The notes beneath the pieces were generated by a model, which searched no databases, was not told where the DNA came from, and worked only from the letters and a program-made list of their open reading frames with translations. DNA of 64,000 bases from Bacteroidia bacterium (lineage in GTDB: Bacteria; Bacteroidota; Bacteroidia; Bacteroidales; Prolixibacteraceae), in the NCBI GenBank assembly GCA_037143155.1, contig JBAWZG010000001.1, positions 3,604 to 67,603 on the forward strand, read 5' to 3'. A program made the translations under genes and the position numbers. Within the stretch, counting starts at the first letter, position 1, and each line of letters starts with the position of its first letter. Below are positions 29,644-38,379 of the stretch, piece by piece.

Positions 29644-30471
29644 TTAATCGAATTCTCCGGAAAAGCTTTCTTCGGCCTGACCTGTCATGAAAACTGTTCC
29701 GTCTTCTGCCCATTCAATTTCGAGTTGACCGTATTGCAATTCGACAATCACTTTCCGATCGGTATGTTGATTTATAATGGAGGCAACAGTAGCTGCGCAG
29801 CAACCCGTTCCGCAAGCCAAAGTAGCACCTGCACCACGTTCCCAGGTGCGAACTTTTATCCGCTCCCGACTGACAACTTCAACAAAATTGACGTTGGTTC
29901 CTTTTGGAAACAAAGTGTACTTTTCGATGATCGAACCAATCTTTTCCAATTCAACTCTGCTTGCATCATCAACAAAAACCATGGTATGTGGAACTCCCAT
30001 CAGTAAGCTTGTCAGGTGAAACTCCCGATTTTCGATCTGAATAGGAACATGAATGGCGTCCTTTTCAATCCCAATCATAGGAATGGATTGCCTTTCGGTA
30101 TTCGGTTTTCCCATGTTCACCCGAACCGAGACAACTTTATCATTTTCGGTAATGACTTCAGGAATAATGATTCCGGCATAAGTTTCAATTCGGAAAGATT
30201 TTGATTTTACCAAACCTCTTTCGTAGGCATACCGGGCAAAACAGCGGATGGCGTTACCGCACATATTGGCTTCGCTCCCATCGGCATTGATGATTCGCAT
30301 CTGCAAATCCGCAACCTCAGAAGGTAAAACGGCAACAATCCCATCAGCACCAATTCCCAACTGTCGGTGGCACATTTTAATGGCCATCGCCGAATAATCC
30401 ATATCCAAGCTGTCCGGGTTTTCAAAAAAGATGAAATCGTTTCCCAGACCGTGCATTTTCGTGAACTTCAT
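29644..30471 (-). CDS. dapF: Diaminopimelate epimerase
   Basis: 'FTKMHGLGNDFIFF', 'MCGNAIRC' and 'ACGTGCCA' supply the two catalytic Cys motifs. Confidence 0.92.
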   Translation of the reverse strand: MKFTKMHGLGNDFIFFENPDSLDMDYSAMAIKMCHRQLGIGADGIVAVLPSEVADLQMRIINADGSEANMCGNAIRCFARYAYERGLVKSKSFRIETYAGIIIPEVITENDKVVSVRVNMGKPNTERQSIPMIGIEKDAIHVPIQIENREFHLTSLLMGVPHTMVFVDDASRVELEKIGSIIEKYTLFPKGTNVNFVEVVSRERIKVRTWERGAGATLACGTGCCAATVASIINQHTDRKVIVELQYGQLEIEWAEDGTVFMTGQAEESFSGEFD

Positions 30472-30517
30472 ATAAAAAAGGAAAATGGAAAAAGTAAATG
30501 GTAAAATTCTAAATTCT

Positions 30518-31261
30518 TCAGGCTATCAAAAACTTCTCTGCCTGCTCCAAATCTTCCGGAGTATCAATGCCGATGTTCTCGAATAAAGTTTGGGCCGTTT
30601 TAATGCGGTAACCGTTTTCAAGCCAGCGCAGCTGTTCCAGCGATTCGGATTTTTCAAGAATGCCCACCGGCAACTTGGTTAGTTCGAGCAGAATATCAAA
30701 GCGGTAGGCGTACATTCCAATGTGGCTGTAAAACGTATTCCGTTTAATCCAATCTTCCGAAGGAATGTCGCGAACAAATGGAATGCTTGAGCGGCTGAAA
30801 TACATGGCTTCCTGGTTCTTGTTGATCACCACTTTCGGGCGGTTGATGTTGGTGATTTCAATTGGGTTGCTAATGGGTTTAATCAGGGTTGCAATTTCGG
30901 TTCCCGGCGAATTAAAACAATCCATCAACCCTTCAATCTGTTCGGTCCGGATAAAAGGTTCGTCGCCCTGAATATTTATCACAACATCAAATTTTAGCTG
31001 TTCTGCCACTTTAATCGCAGCTTCAGCACAGCGGTCGGTTCCACTCTGGTGGTTTGGAGAAGTATAAACCGCTTTCCCTCCAAAAGCCTCAACCGCTTTG
31101 AAAATCCGCTCATCGTCGGTTGCAACAAACACTTCGGCCACACTTTTTTTGGCATTTTCATAGACCCATTGAATAATGGGTTTTCCTCCAAGCAGAACAA
31201 GTGGTTTTCCCGGAAATCGGGTTGATTGAAAACGGGCTGGGATAATTGCGATAAAATTCAT
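30518..31261 (-). CDS. kdsB: 3-deoxy-manno-octulosonate cytidylyltransferase (CMP-KDO synthetase)
   Basis: 'IAIIPARFQSTRFPGKPL', 'NIQGDEPF' and 'LEQLRWLENGY' are present. Confidence 0.92.
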   Translation of the reverse strand: MNFIAIIPARFQSTRFPGKPLVLLGGKPIIQWVYENAKKSVAEVFVATDDERIFKAVEAFGGKAVYTSPNHQSGTDRCAEAAIKVAEQLKFDVVINIQGDEPFIRTEQIEGLMDCFNSPGTEIATLIKPISNPIEITNINRPKVVINKNQEAMYFSRSSIPFVRDIPSEDWIKRNTFYSHIGMYAYRFDILLELTKLPVGILEKSESLEQLRWLENGYRIKTAQTLFENIGIDTPEDLEQAEKFLIA

Positions 31262-31324
31262 AGTTTAAACTGAACTTAAACGTTTTAATAGTAATTTCGC
31301 AAAGTTAAACATATTGTCCTTAAA

Positions 31325-32554
31325 ATGGATGTTCAGGAAATAAAACAACGATTTGGAATCATTGGCAACTCACCCGAGTTGTTGCGTGTGATCGGCATTG
31401 CAGTTCAGGTTGCTCCGACCGATCTTTCGGTGTTGATAAGCGGCGAAAGTGGAACGGGAAAAGAGTCATTTCCGCAAATCATTCATCAGTTTTCTACCCG
31501 TAAACATGGCAAATACATCGCGGTGAATTGTGGTGCTATTCCTGAAGGCACGATCGATTCAGAACTTTTTGGTCACGAAAAAGGTTCCTTTACCGGTGCC
31601 ATGTCGGATCGGAAAGGTTATTTTGAAGAAGCTGACGGAGGAACAATTTTTCTGGATGAAATCGGCGAACTTCCGCTTTCGACCCAGGTTCGGCTGCTTC
31701 GGGTACTCGAAGCCGGAGAGTTTATGAAAGTGGGTTCATCGAAAGTACTGAAAACAAATGTGCGTGTTGTCGCAGCAACCAATGTAATGATTACTGAAGC
31801 CATTGAAAAAGGAAAGTTCCGCGAAGATTTATATTATCGCCTGAATACAGTGCCAATAAGGGTTTTGCCTTTGCGCGACCGGAAGGAAGACATCCATCTG
31901 CTTTTTCGGAAATTTGCCTCCGACTTTGCCGATAAATACCGCATGCCACCAATCAGGCTCGACAATGAAGCAGTTTCATTACTGATTAGCTACAATTGGC
32001 CTGGAAATGTCAGGCAGTTAAAAAATATCACCGAGCAGATTTCAATCATCGAAAAAGAAAGGTTGATTGACGCCAAAAATCTGCTTCAATATATTCCGGT
32101 GCAGAACGGGAATAAGCTTCCGGCGTTATATCACAATGTCGATGAAAAAACATTCTCATCGGAACGCGAAATTCTGTACCAGATTCTGTTCGACATGAAG
32201 AAAGACATGAACGACCTGAAAAAGCTGGTTCACGACATTCTTCAGAATGAATCCACGACGAACGATATTCGCGACGATAATGCTCAGTTGATCAGGAAAC
32301 TCTACCAAAACGAGAGCGGCAACTATGTTCCCGACCAATCCCCCAACCGTGTAACGGTAAATCCAGCTGCAAAAGAAAATATATTCGACACCGAAGAATT
32401 TGTGGAAGAATCCTTATCGCTCGAAGACAAGGAAGTTGAAATGATCCGGAAATCGCTCGAAAAACATAAAGGCAAGCGAAAATATGCTGCGCGTGAACTG
32501 GGCATTTCGGAACGAACGCTTTACCGGAAAATCAAAGAATACAACATCGATTAA
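31325..32554 (+). CDS. Sigma-54-dependent transcriptional activator (AAA+ plus Fis HTH, no receiver or sensor domain)
   Basis: It has Walker A 'GESGTGKE', the GAFTGA-type loop 'GSFTGA', 'FLDEIGEL' and the C-terminal HTH 'AARELGISERTLYRKIKEY'. The AAA+ core starts within ~10 aa of the N-terminus. Confidence 0.85.
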   Translation: MDVQEIKQRFGIIGNSPELLRVIGIAVQVAPTDLSVLISGESGTGKESFPQIIHQFSTRKHGKYIAVNCGAIPEGTIDSELFGHEKGSFTGAMSDRKGYFEEADGGTIFLDEIGELPLSTQVRLLRVLEAGEFMKVGSSKVLKTNVRVVAATNVMITEAIEKGKFREDLYYRLNTVPIRVLPLRDRKEDIHLLFRKFASDFADKYRMPPIRLDNEAVSLLISYNWPGNVRQLKNITEQISIIEKERLIDAKNLLQYIPVQNGNKLPALYHNVDEKTFSSEREILYQILFDMKKDMNDLKKLVHDILQNESTTNDIRDDNAQLIRKLYQNESGNYVPDQSPNRVTVNPAAKENIFDTEEFVEESLSLEDKEVEMIRKSLEKHKGKRKYAARELGISERTLYRKIKEYNID

Positions 32555-33078
32555 TGACTATGAAGACACGAAATTTGTTGCTAATCCTGCTTTCAGTAAT
32601 ACTTTCTGTGACAGTTTTTACTGCTTGTAAAGTGGGTTACTCGTTTACCGGAGCCTCCATTTCTCCAAGCGTTAAAACCTTTACAGTTCCTTACTTTCCA
32701 AACCGTGCCCGATTGGTTAATCCAAACCTCAGCCAGCTGTTCACCGAAGGACTTCAGGAAAAACTGGTAAAACAGACTTCATTAAACCAGATTACAGATG
32801 GAGGTGATCTTGAATACACCGGTCAGATTACCGAGTATGAAGTGAGACCGATGAATATTCAGCAAGGTGACCTTGCTGCACAAAACAGGTTGACCATTGG
32901 CGTTAAAATCAAATTCACGAATACCAAGGATCATGAGCAAGACTGGGAGAAATCATTCTCAGCATACGAAGATTTCGACAGCAATAATTCACTCAGTGAT
33001 ATTGAAGGTGAGCTGGTTCCGCTAATTATCACTAAACTGACCGACGATATTTTCAATGCCTCGGTTGCAAACTGGTAA
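32554..33078 (+). CDS. LptE-like LPS-assembly lipoprotein
   Basis: It has the lipobox 'VFTAC' and 'GYSFTGASI...KTFTVPYFPN', typical of Bacteroidota LptE-family proteins. Its position between the bEBP and secG is conserved in the phylum. The start overlaps the previous stop (TAATG). Confidence 0.55.
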   Translation: MTMKTRNLLLILLSVILSVTVFTACKVGYSFTGASISPSVKTFTVPYFPNRARLVNPNLSQLFTEGLQEKLVKQTSLNQITDGGDLEYTGQITEYEVRPMNIQQGDLAAQNRLTIGVKIKFTNTKDHEQDWEKSFSAYEDFDSNNSLSDIEGELVPLIITKLTDDIFNASVANW

Positions 33079-33081
33079 GCT

Positions 33082-33738
33082 ATGACAGCAGAACAAATTC
33101 TACAATGTATTCAGGCTCCTGAAAAGCTAAACATGGAAACCCTTCCATTCCTGAAAGAATTGACTGCGCAGCATCCGGCATTCGAAGCGGGTTGGATATT
33201 ATACCTGAAAAACCTGAAAAACCTGAATGATTCAACCTTCGGACAGGAACTGATTAACGGAGCCATCCGGATTCAGGACAGACGGAGGTTGTACCTGTTT
33301 CTGAATAAGAAAAACAACGGAAAAGAACCGGAGCAAACAGCCTCATCTGAAACTGATCTCGATCTATTCAACCTCATTTTTGCCCCGGAATACCGGTTGG
33401 AAGCGCCGGAAGAAGCAGAAACGTCAAACGATGAAAATGCACGGTCGATTCAGAATGAGTCGGAAAAGAAATTCAAGCTGATTGATAGATTTCTGGAGGC
33501 TCAGCCGAAAATGCCACAGATAAAAAGCGAAGAAACATCTTCTCCAATGGAGCGGCAACATGAAAATCAGGAAGAAAATGATGACCTGGTGACCGAAACC
33601 CTGGCGATGATCTATGCCAAACAAGGTTACAATCGGAAAGCTATCCAGATATTTGAGAAGTTAAGTTTGAAATATCCGGAAAAAAGTACTTACTTTGCCG
33701 CTCAGATTGAAAAAATCAAACTATTAATGAACAATTAA
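33082..33738 (+). CDS. Hypothetical protein with a C-terminal TPR-like helix pair
   Basis: The middle is acidic and low-complexity. The C-terminal 'LAMIYAKQGYNRKAIQIFEKLSLKYPEKS' is TPR-like. Confidence 0.4.
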   Translation: MTAEQILQCIQAPEKLNMETLPFLKELTAQHPAFEAGWILYLKNLKNLNDSTFGQELINGAIRIQDRRRLYLFLNKKNNGKEPEQTASSETDLDLFNLIFAPEYRLEAPEEAETSNDENARSIQNESEKKFKLIDRFLEAQPKMPQIKSEETSSPMERQHENQEENDDLVTETLAMIYAKQGYNRKAIQIFEKLSLKYPEKSTYFAAQIEKIKLLMNN

Positions 33739-33748
33739 TTCCTTTCAT

Positions 33749-34141
33749 ATGTACACACTTATCACCGTTTTATTATTCATTGTCTGCATTTTACTGATTC
33801 TTATTGTATTGGTTCAGAACTCAAAAGGCGGTGGATTAGCAAGTAACTTTCAGTCGTCAAACCAGATCATGGGAGTTCGCAAAACAAACGACTTTCTCGA
33901 AAAAGCAACCTGGATTCTTGCCGGAGCACTTTTGATTTTGTCAATTGGAGGTACTGCATTCATTTCAAGAGATAGCAAGTCTGGGGCACAGTCAGCGATT
34001 AAAGATCAGATTCAAAACTCAGTTGATCCGAATCAGGTTCCAAGTTTTCCTGCTCCTACTCCTGCTGGCGCAAAAACGGCTGCTCCTGCAACAACACGGC
34101 CTGCCGCAACGCCGGCTCCTGCTCCTGCTGCGAAAAAATAA
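33749..34141 (+). CDS. secG: Preprotein translocase subunit SecG with a Pro/Ala-rich C-terminal tail
   Basis: It has two TM helices flanking the SecG signature 'LVQNSKGGGLAS'. The tail is 'PSFPAPTPAGAKTAAPATTRPAATPAPAPAAKK'. Confidence 0.8.
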   Translation: MYTLITVLLFIVCILLILIVLVQNSKGGGLASNFQSSNQIMGVRKTNDFLEKATWILAGALLILSIGGTAFISRDSKSGAQSAIKDQIQNSVDPNQVPSFPAPTPAGAKTAAPATTRPAATPAPAPAAKK

Positions 34142-34178
34142 AGATCCTTCAGGATAAAATTTTATAAGCGATAAATGG

Positions 34179-34213
34179 AAGTCTTCAATGCGAAAACATT
34201 GAAGACTTTTTTT
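34179..34213 (+). terminator. Rho-independent terminator after secG
   Basis: aagtcttcaatg (34179-34190) pairs with cattgaagactt (34197-34208) as a perfect 12-bp stem, followed by a T7 tract. Confidence 0.85.
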
Positions 34214-34253
34214 GTTAGTTTTACACTGTAACCCAAACGAAAATCAACTCAGA

Positions 34254-35711
34254 ATGAACCGAATATTTTCCTTTCCCGTCTATCGTCTGCTGATTAGTAT
34301 ATTCGTCGTATCAGCCTGCAATTCTCCAATACTTCCGCCAGCACCGTTATTGCCGGTTCCGACCGATCGCCAGTTGGCATGGCACGAAATGGAGCAATAT
34401 GCATTTGTGCATTTTACCACCAACACATTTACGGACAAGGAATGGGGATTCGGCGACGAAAGTGAATCCGTTTTCAATCCGACTGCCATGGATGTAACAC
34501 AATGGACGAAAACATTCAAGGCAGCGGGCCTGAAAGGATTGGTACTTACCTGCAAGCACCACGATGGCTTTTGTTTGTGGCCAAGCAAGTACACCGAACA
34601 TTCGGTCAAAAACAGTCCGTACAAAAACGGGAAAGGCAATGTGGTTGATGAAGTGGAGAAAGCTTGTCGTGCCGATGGCCTGAAGTTTGGCGTTTACCTC
34701 TCACCCTGGGACCGGAATCGTGCGGATTATGGATCGCCTTCGTATGTGGAGTATTATCGTAACCAGCTGAAAGAACTATTTGCCGCGCATTCACCAATAT
34801 TCGAAATGTGGTTCGATGGTGCAAATGGTGGTGACGGTTTTTATGGCGGCGCAAAAGAAAAACGAAAAATTGATGGCAAAACCTATTACGACTGGCCAAC
34901 GACTTTGAAACTGGTTCGCGGAATGGAGCCCAATGTGATTTTCTTCAGCGATGCCGGACCTGACATTCGCTGGTGCGGCAACGAGAGCGGATTTGTGAAC
35001 GAAACCAATTGGAATACGATTACTCCTGACAGCATTTATGCCGGCAAAAGCGGAATAGAGAAATTGCTGAATACCGGAAATGAAAATGGCTCAAGCTGGA
35101 TACCGGCTGAAGTGGATGTTTCGATCCGACCGGGCTGGTTTTACCATGCCAAACAAGATTCGCTGGTGAAAACTCCGGAACAATTATTCGACATTTACCT
35201 GAATTCGGTAGGTCGCGGAGCCAATCTGATACTGAATATCCCACCCGATCGCCGGGGATTGGTCAACGAAATTGATGCGACTTCGCTTCTGGGCTGGAAA
35301 AAGCTGATTGACGAACGATTTAAAACCAATCTGGCTCTGAACAAGCCTGCGAAAGCATCTGCTTTCCGTGGAAATTCGCCGGTTTATTCAGCAGAAATGG
35401 TTACCGACGGAAATAAAGAAACTTACTGGGCTACCAATGATCAGGAAAAAACAGGCAATCTTGAAATTGATCTGGGTGAGAAAAAACTGATCAGCTATGT
35501 GCTTATTCAGGAATACATTAAACTTGGACAGCGTGTAAAAGCATTTTCATTGGAAGTTGAAAAGGACGGAAAATGGATGGAAGTTGCAAAAGGAACTACC
35601 GTTGGACACAAGCGAATCCTTCGCATCAATCCGGTTGAAGCTCAAAAGTTGCGTTTCGTCATATCAGACTCGAAAGCCTGTCCCACGATTTCAAACCTGG
35701 AGGTGTATTAA
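34254..35711 (+). CDS. GH29 alpha-L-fucosidase with a C-terminal F5/8 type C (discoidin) domain
   Basis: 'VLTCKHHDGFCLWPS', 'FEMWFDGANGG' and the C-terminal 'TDGNKETYWAT...' are present. The track start at 34212 is TTG inside the secG terminator. The ATG at 34254 gives MNRIFSF... with a signal/lipobox 'VVSAC'. Confidence 0.85.
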   Translation: MNRIFSFPVYRLLISIFVVSACNSPILPPAPLLPVPTDRQLAWHEMEQYAFVHFTTNTFTDKEWGFGDESESVFNPTAMDVTQWTKTFKAAGLKGLVLTCKHHDGFCLWPSKYTEHSVKNSPYKNGKGNVVDEVEKACRADGLKFGVYLSPWDRNRADYGSPSYVEYYRNQLKELFAAHSPIFEMWFDGANGGDGFYGGAKEKRKIDGKTYYDWPTTLKLVRGMEPNVIFFSDAGPDIRWCGNESGFVNETNWNTITPDSIYAGKSGIEKLLNTGNENGSSWIPAEVDVSIRPGWFYHAKQDSLVKTPEQLFDIYLNSVGRGANLILNIPPDRRGLVNEIDATSLLGWKKLIDERFKTNLALNKPAKASAFRGNSPVYSAEMVTDGNKETYWATNDQEKTGNLEIDLGEKKLISYVLIQEYIKLGQRVKAFSLEVEKDGKWMEVAKGTTVGHKRILRINPVEAQKLRFVISDSKACPTISNLEVY

Positions 35712-35756
35712 AAAATCCGTATAATTTGCTTCATGAATTTAATCTGCTATTGAATG

Positions 35757-35784
35757 CTGATCCGATGACCTAAGTTCGGATCAG
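35757..35784 (+). terminator. Hairpin downstream of the fucosidase gene (weak terminator candidate, no U-tract)
   Basis: ctgatccga (35757-35765) pairs with tcggatcag (35776-35784) as a 9-bp perfect stem. Confidence 0.4.
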
Positions 35785-35965
35785 TAAATAAAAACATGCC
35801 TTTCGCCGACAAAACCTGCCATTTCTCCATTTTCATTCTTGCATGTATGAACATAAAGATGTTTCATTTGTCCGTCATTAAAGAAAATCAAAATCAAAAG
35901 ATCGATGTAATTTAACAGGTAGATTGGCAACTTATTCAAAAAAAATCAATTCATATATCAGTCTT

Positions 35966-35998
35966 AATCCTGACCGATTTTGAAAACCTGTCAGGATT
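35966..35998. repeat. Hairpin repeat, copy B (aatcctgac...ttttgaaaacctgtcaggatt)
   Basis: The 9-bp stem is 35966-35974 / 35990-35998. It shares the core with copy A at 17950-17982 and lies 25 bp upstream of the TonB-dependent receptor ATG. Confidence 0.55.
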
Positions 35999-36022
35999 CA
36001 TGAAATAAATGTTCAGAAAACA

Positions 36023-38368
36023 ATGAAACAATTCCATATTATTCTACTCCTTTTTTTCCTTTCGCTTCAGGGATTTGCCACCAATGTGACTTTAAGCGGA
36101 TACCTCAAGGACAAGGCCAACGGGGAAGCCCTGATCGGTGCCACAGTTTATGTTCCCAAATTAAAAACCGGTGTAATTACGAATGCCTACGGATTTTATT
36201 CCCTTTCGGTTCAACAGGGAATCTATACCGTGAACTTCTCCTATATTGGCTTCCAGACACAATCTCCGGTAATCGATTTGAATGCAAGCAAACAACTAAA
36301 TATATTGCTCGAAGAAGATTCCAAACAGATTGCAGAGGTGGTAGTTACTGCTGAAAAGAAGAACATGAATGTGGAAAGCCTTCAAATGAGTATGGAAAAG
36401 GTTCAGGTTAAAATGATCAAAAAGCTGCCCTCGTTCATGGGCGAAGTGGATATTATCAAGAGCATTACCTTGTTGCCCGGAATTCAGAATGGCGGAGAAG
36501 GAAGTTCCGGATTATATGTCAGAGGCGGCGGACCTGATGAAAACCTGATGCTTTTGGATGAAGCACCGGTGTACAACGCCTCCCATTTGCTGGGTTTCTT
36601 CTCGGTATTTAATTCGGATGCAATCAATGACATTCAGGTTTTCAAAGGTGGAATTCCGGCGGAATACGGAGGTAAAGCCTCCGCCGTAATCGATATCCGT
36701 ATGAAAGACGGAAACTCACAAAAATTGGGTATTAGCGGCGGGATCGGAAATATTTCAAGCAGGCTGACCGTTGAAGGCCCTATCATCAAGGACAAATGGA
36801 GTTTCATTGTATCCGGGCGTCGAACCTATGCCGATTACCTCGGAAAACTGATCGGTTTGGAACAGCTGAAAAATAACCAGTTATACTTTTATGACCTGAA
36901 CCTGAAAACCAGTGCTCAAATCAATGATAAAAACCGGATATATCTTTCAGCCTACACAGGCGACGATTATTTCAAATCGGGTTCATCGATTTATATGCGT
37001 TGGGGAAACCTGACATCGACTGCCCGCTGGAATCACTTGTTCAGCAATAAGCTTTTCTCAAATACCTCGCTCATTTTTTCGCGTTACAACTACAGCCTGG
37101 GTGTACCAAGTTCCGGAGCAGACCAGTTCGACTGGACTTCGCAGATTTCAGACTACAACTTCAAGGAGGATGTCTCGTGGTATTTAAATCCGAACAATAA
37201 GCTGACTCTTGGATTCAATACGATTTACCATCATTTTGATCCCGGTCAGGTTTCGGCCAGCAAGGGATCCTACTTCTCCGATTTAAAACTGACCAACTAC
37301 AATGCGCTGGATAATTCGCTGTATGTTTCGAACGAACAAACCATCGGACCAAAATTATCGCTGAGGTATGGATTACGTTATTCATACTTTCAGCAAATTG
37401 GGGAAGGAAAAGTTACCGAATATCAGAATCCGGAGGCGCCTAAATCCAATGAAGTTACCGGAGTAAAAAAATACAGTTCCGGTCAATTGATTTCGCCTGG
37501 TTATTACAACCTGGAACCGCGTATGGCAATCAAATTCATGCTCGATGAGAATAGTTCGGTTAAGGCATCGTACAATCGGATGGCTCAGAATCTGCACCTC
37601 ATTTCGAATACCAACTCGCCCACTCCGCTCGATATCTGGCTGCCCAGCAACACCTACATTAAACCACTAATTGCCAATCAGGTCGGCCTTGGTTATTTCC
37701 GGAATCTGAAGAATAACATGTTCGAAACTTCAGCAGAAGTGTATTACAAAAAAATGAAAAACGTAATCGACTACATTGACGGAGCTCAATTATTCCTGAA
37801 AGAAAATCTGGAAACCGAATTGCTGAGGGGAAGCGGATATGCTTATGGACTTGAAATCTATGCAAAAAAACAGGAAGGACGTTTAACCGGCTGGCTGAGT
37901 TATACCTTGTCGAAGTCGATGCGAAAAATTCCGGGGATCAACAATGGCAATGCCTATCCATCGAGTTACGACCGCACCCACAACATTTCGCTGGTTGCCA
38001 GCTACGAACTGGCGCAGAGATTGAATATTTCATCGACCTGGGTATTTTCGACCGGGAACCCGACTTCCTATCCGATTGCCAAATATGATATTCAGGGAAA
38101 CACCATTTATTTCTATGCCGACCGCAACAGCAACCGGATTCCGGATTATCACCGGCTCGACGTTTCGTTGACCTACGATTTCAGGAAAAACGATAGCCGG
38201 AAATATAAGCAATCGCTGAACTTTTCGATTTACAACGTTTATGCACGCCGGAATGCCTATTCAGTCACTTTCCGGCAAAACGAAGATAAGCCAAACGTTT
38301 CTGATGCCACCCGACTGTCGATCATCGGAACCATGATTCCTTCGGTTACTTACAATTTCAATTTCTAA
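36023..38368 (+). CDS. TonB-dependent receptor with an N-terminal carboxypeptidase-regulatory-like domain
   Basis: It has a signal peptide and a CarboxypepD_reg-like region, 'VTLSGYLKDKANGEALIGATVYV...YTVNFSYIGFQ'. The plug region is 'PGIQNGGEGSSGLYVRGGGPDENLMLLDEAPVYN'. The long beta-barrel ends with the aromatic 'TYNFNF'. Confidence 0.9.
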   Translation: MKQFHIILLLFFLSLQGFATNVTLSGYLKDKANGEALIGATVYVPKLKTGVITNAYGFYSLSVQQGIYTVNFSYIGFQTQSPVIDLNASKQLNILLEEDSKQIAEVVVTAEKKNMNVESLQMSMEKVQVKMIKKLPSFMGEVDIIKSITLLPGIQNGGEGSSGLYVRGGGPDENLMLLDEAPVYNASHLLGFFSVFNSDAINDIQVFKGGIPAEYGGKASAVIDIRMKDGNSQKLGISGGIGNISSRLTVEGPIIKDKWSFIVSGRRTYADYLGKLIGLEQLKNNQLYFYDLNLKTSAQINDKNRIYLSAYTGDDYFKSGSSIYMRWGNLTSTARWNHLFSNKLFSNTSLIFSRYNYSLGVPSSGADQFDWTSQISDYNFKEDVSWYLNPNNKLTLGFNTIYHHFDPGQVSASKGSYFSDLKLTNYNALDNSLYVSNEQTIGPKLSLRYGLRYSYFQQIGEGKVTEYQNPEAPKSNEVTGVKKYSSGQLISPGYYNLEPRMAIKFMLDENSSVKASYNRMAQNLHLISNTNSPTPLDIWLPSNTYIKPLIANQVGLGYFRNLKNNMFETSAEVYYKKMKNVIDYIDGAQLFLKENLETELLRGSGYAYGLEIYAKKQEGRLTGWLSYTLSKSMRKIPGINNGNAYPSSYDRTHNISLVASYELAQRLNISSTWVFSTGNPTSYPIAKYDIQGNTIYFYADRNSNRIPDYHRLDVSLTYDFRKNDSRKYKQSLNFSIYNVYARRNAYSVTFRQNEDKPNVSDATRLSIIGTMIPSVTYNFNF

Positions 38369-38379
38369 TATTTACAGCT

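Noticed and set aside
29636-29646. Convergent stop codons of the LamG-phosphoesterase gene and dapF only 5 bp apart, with no intergenic terminator
   Set aside because: This is noted as a compact junction. A weak hairpin lies inside the dapF 3' end (ccggaaaagctttcttcgg), but there is nothing here to interpret beyond tight packing.
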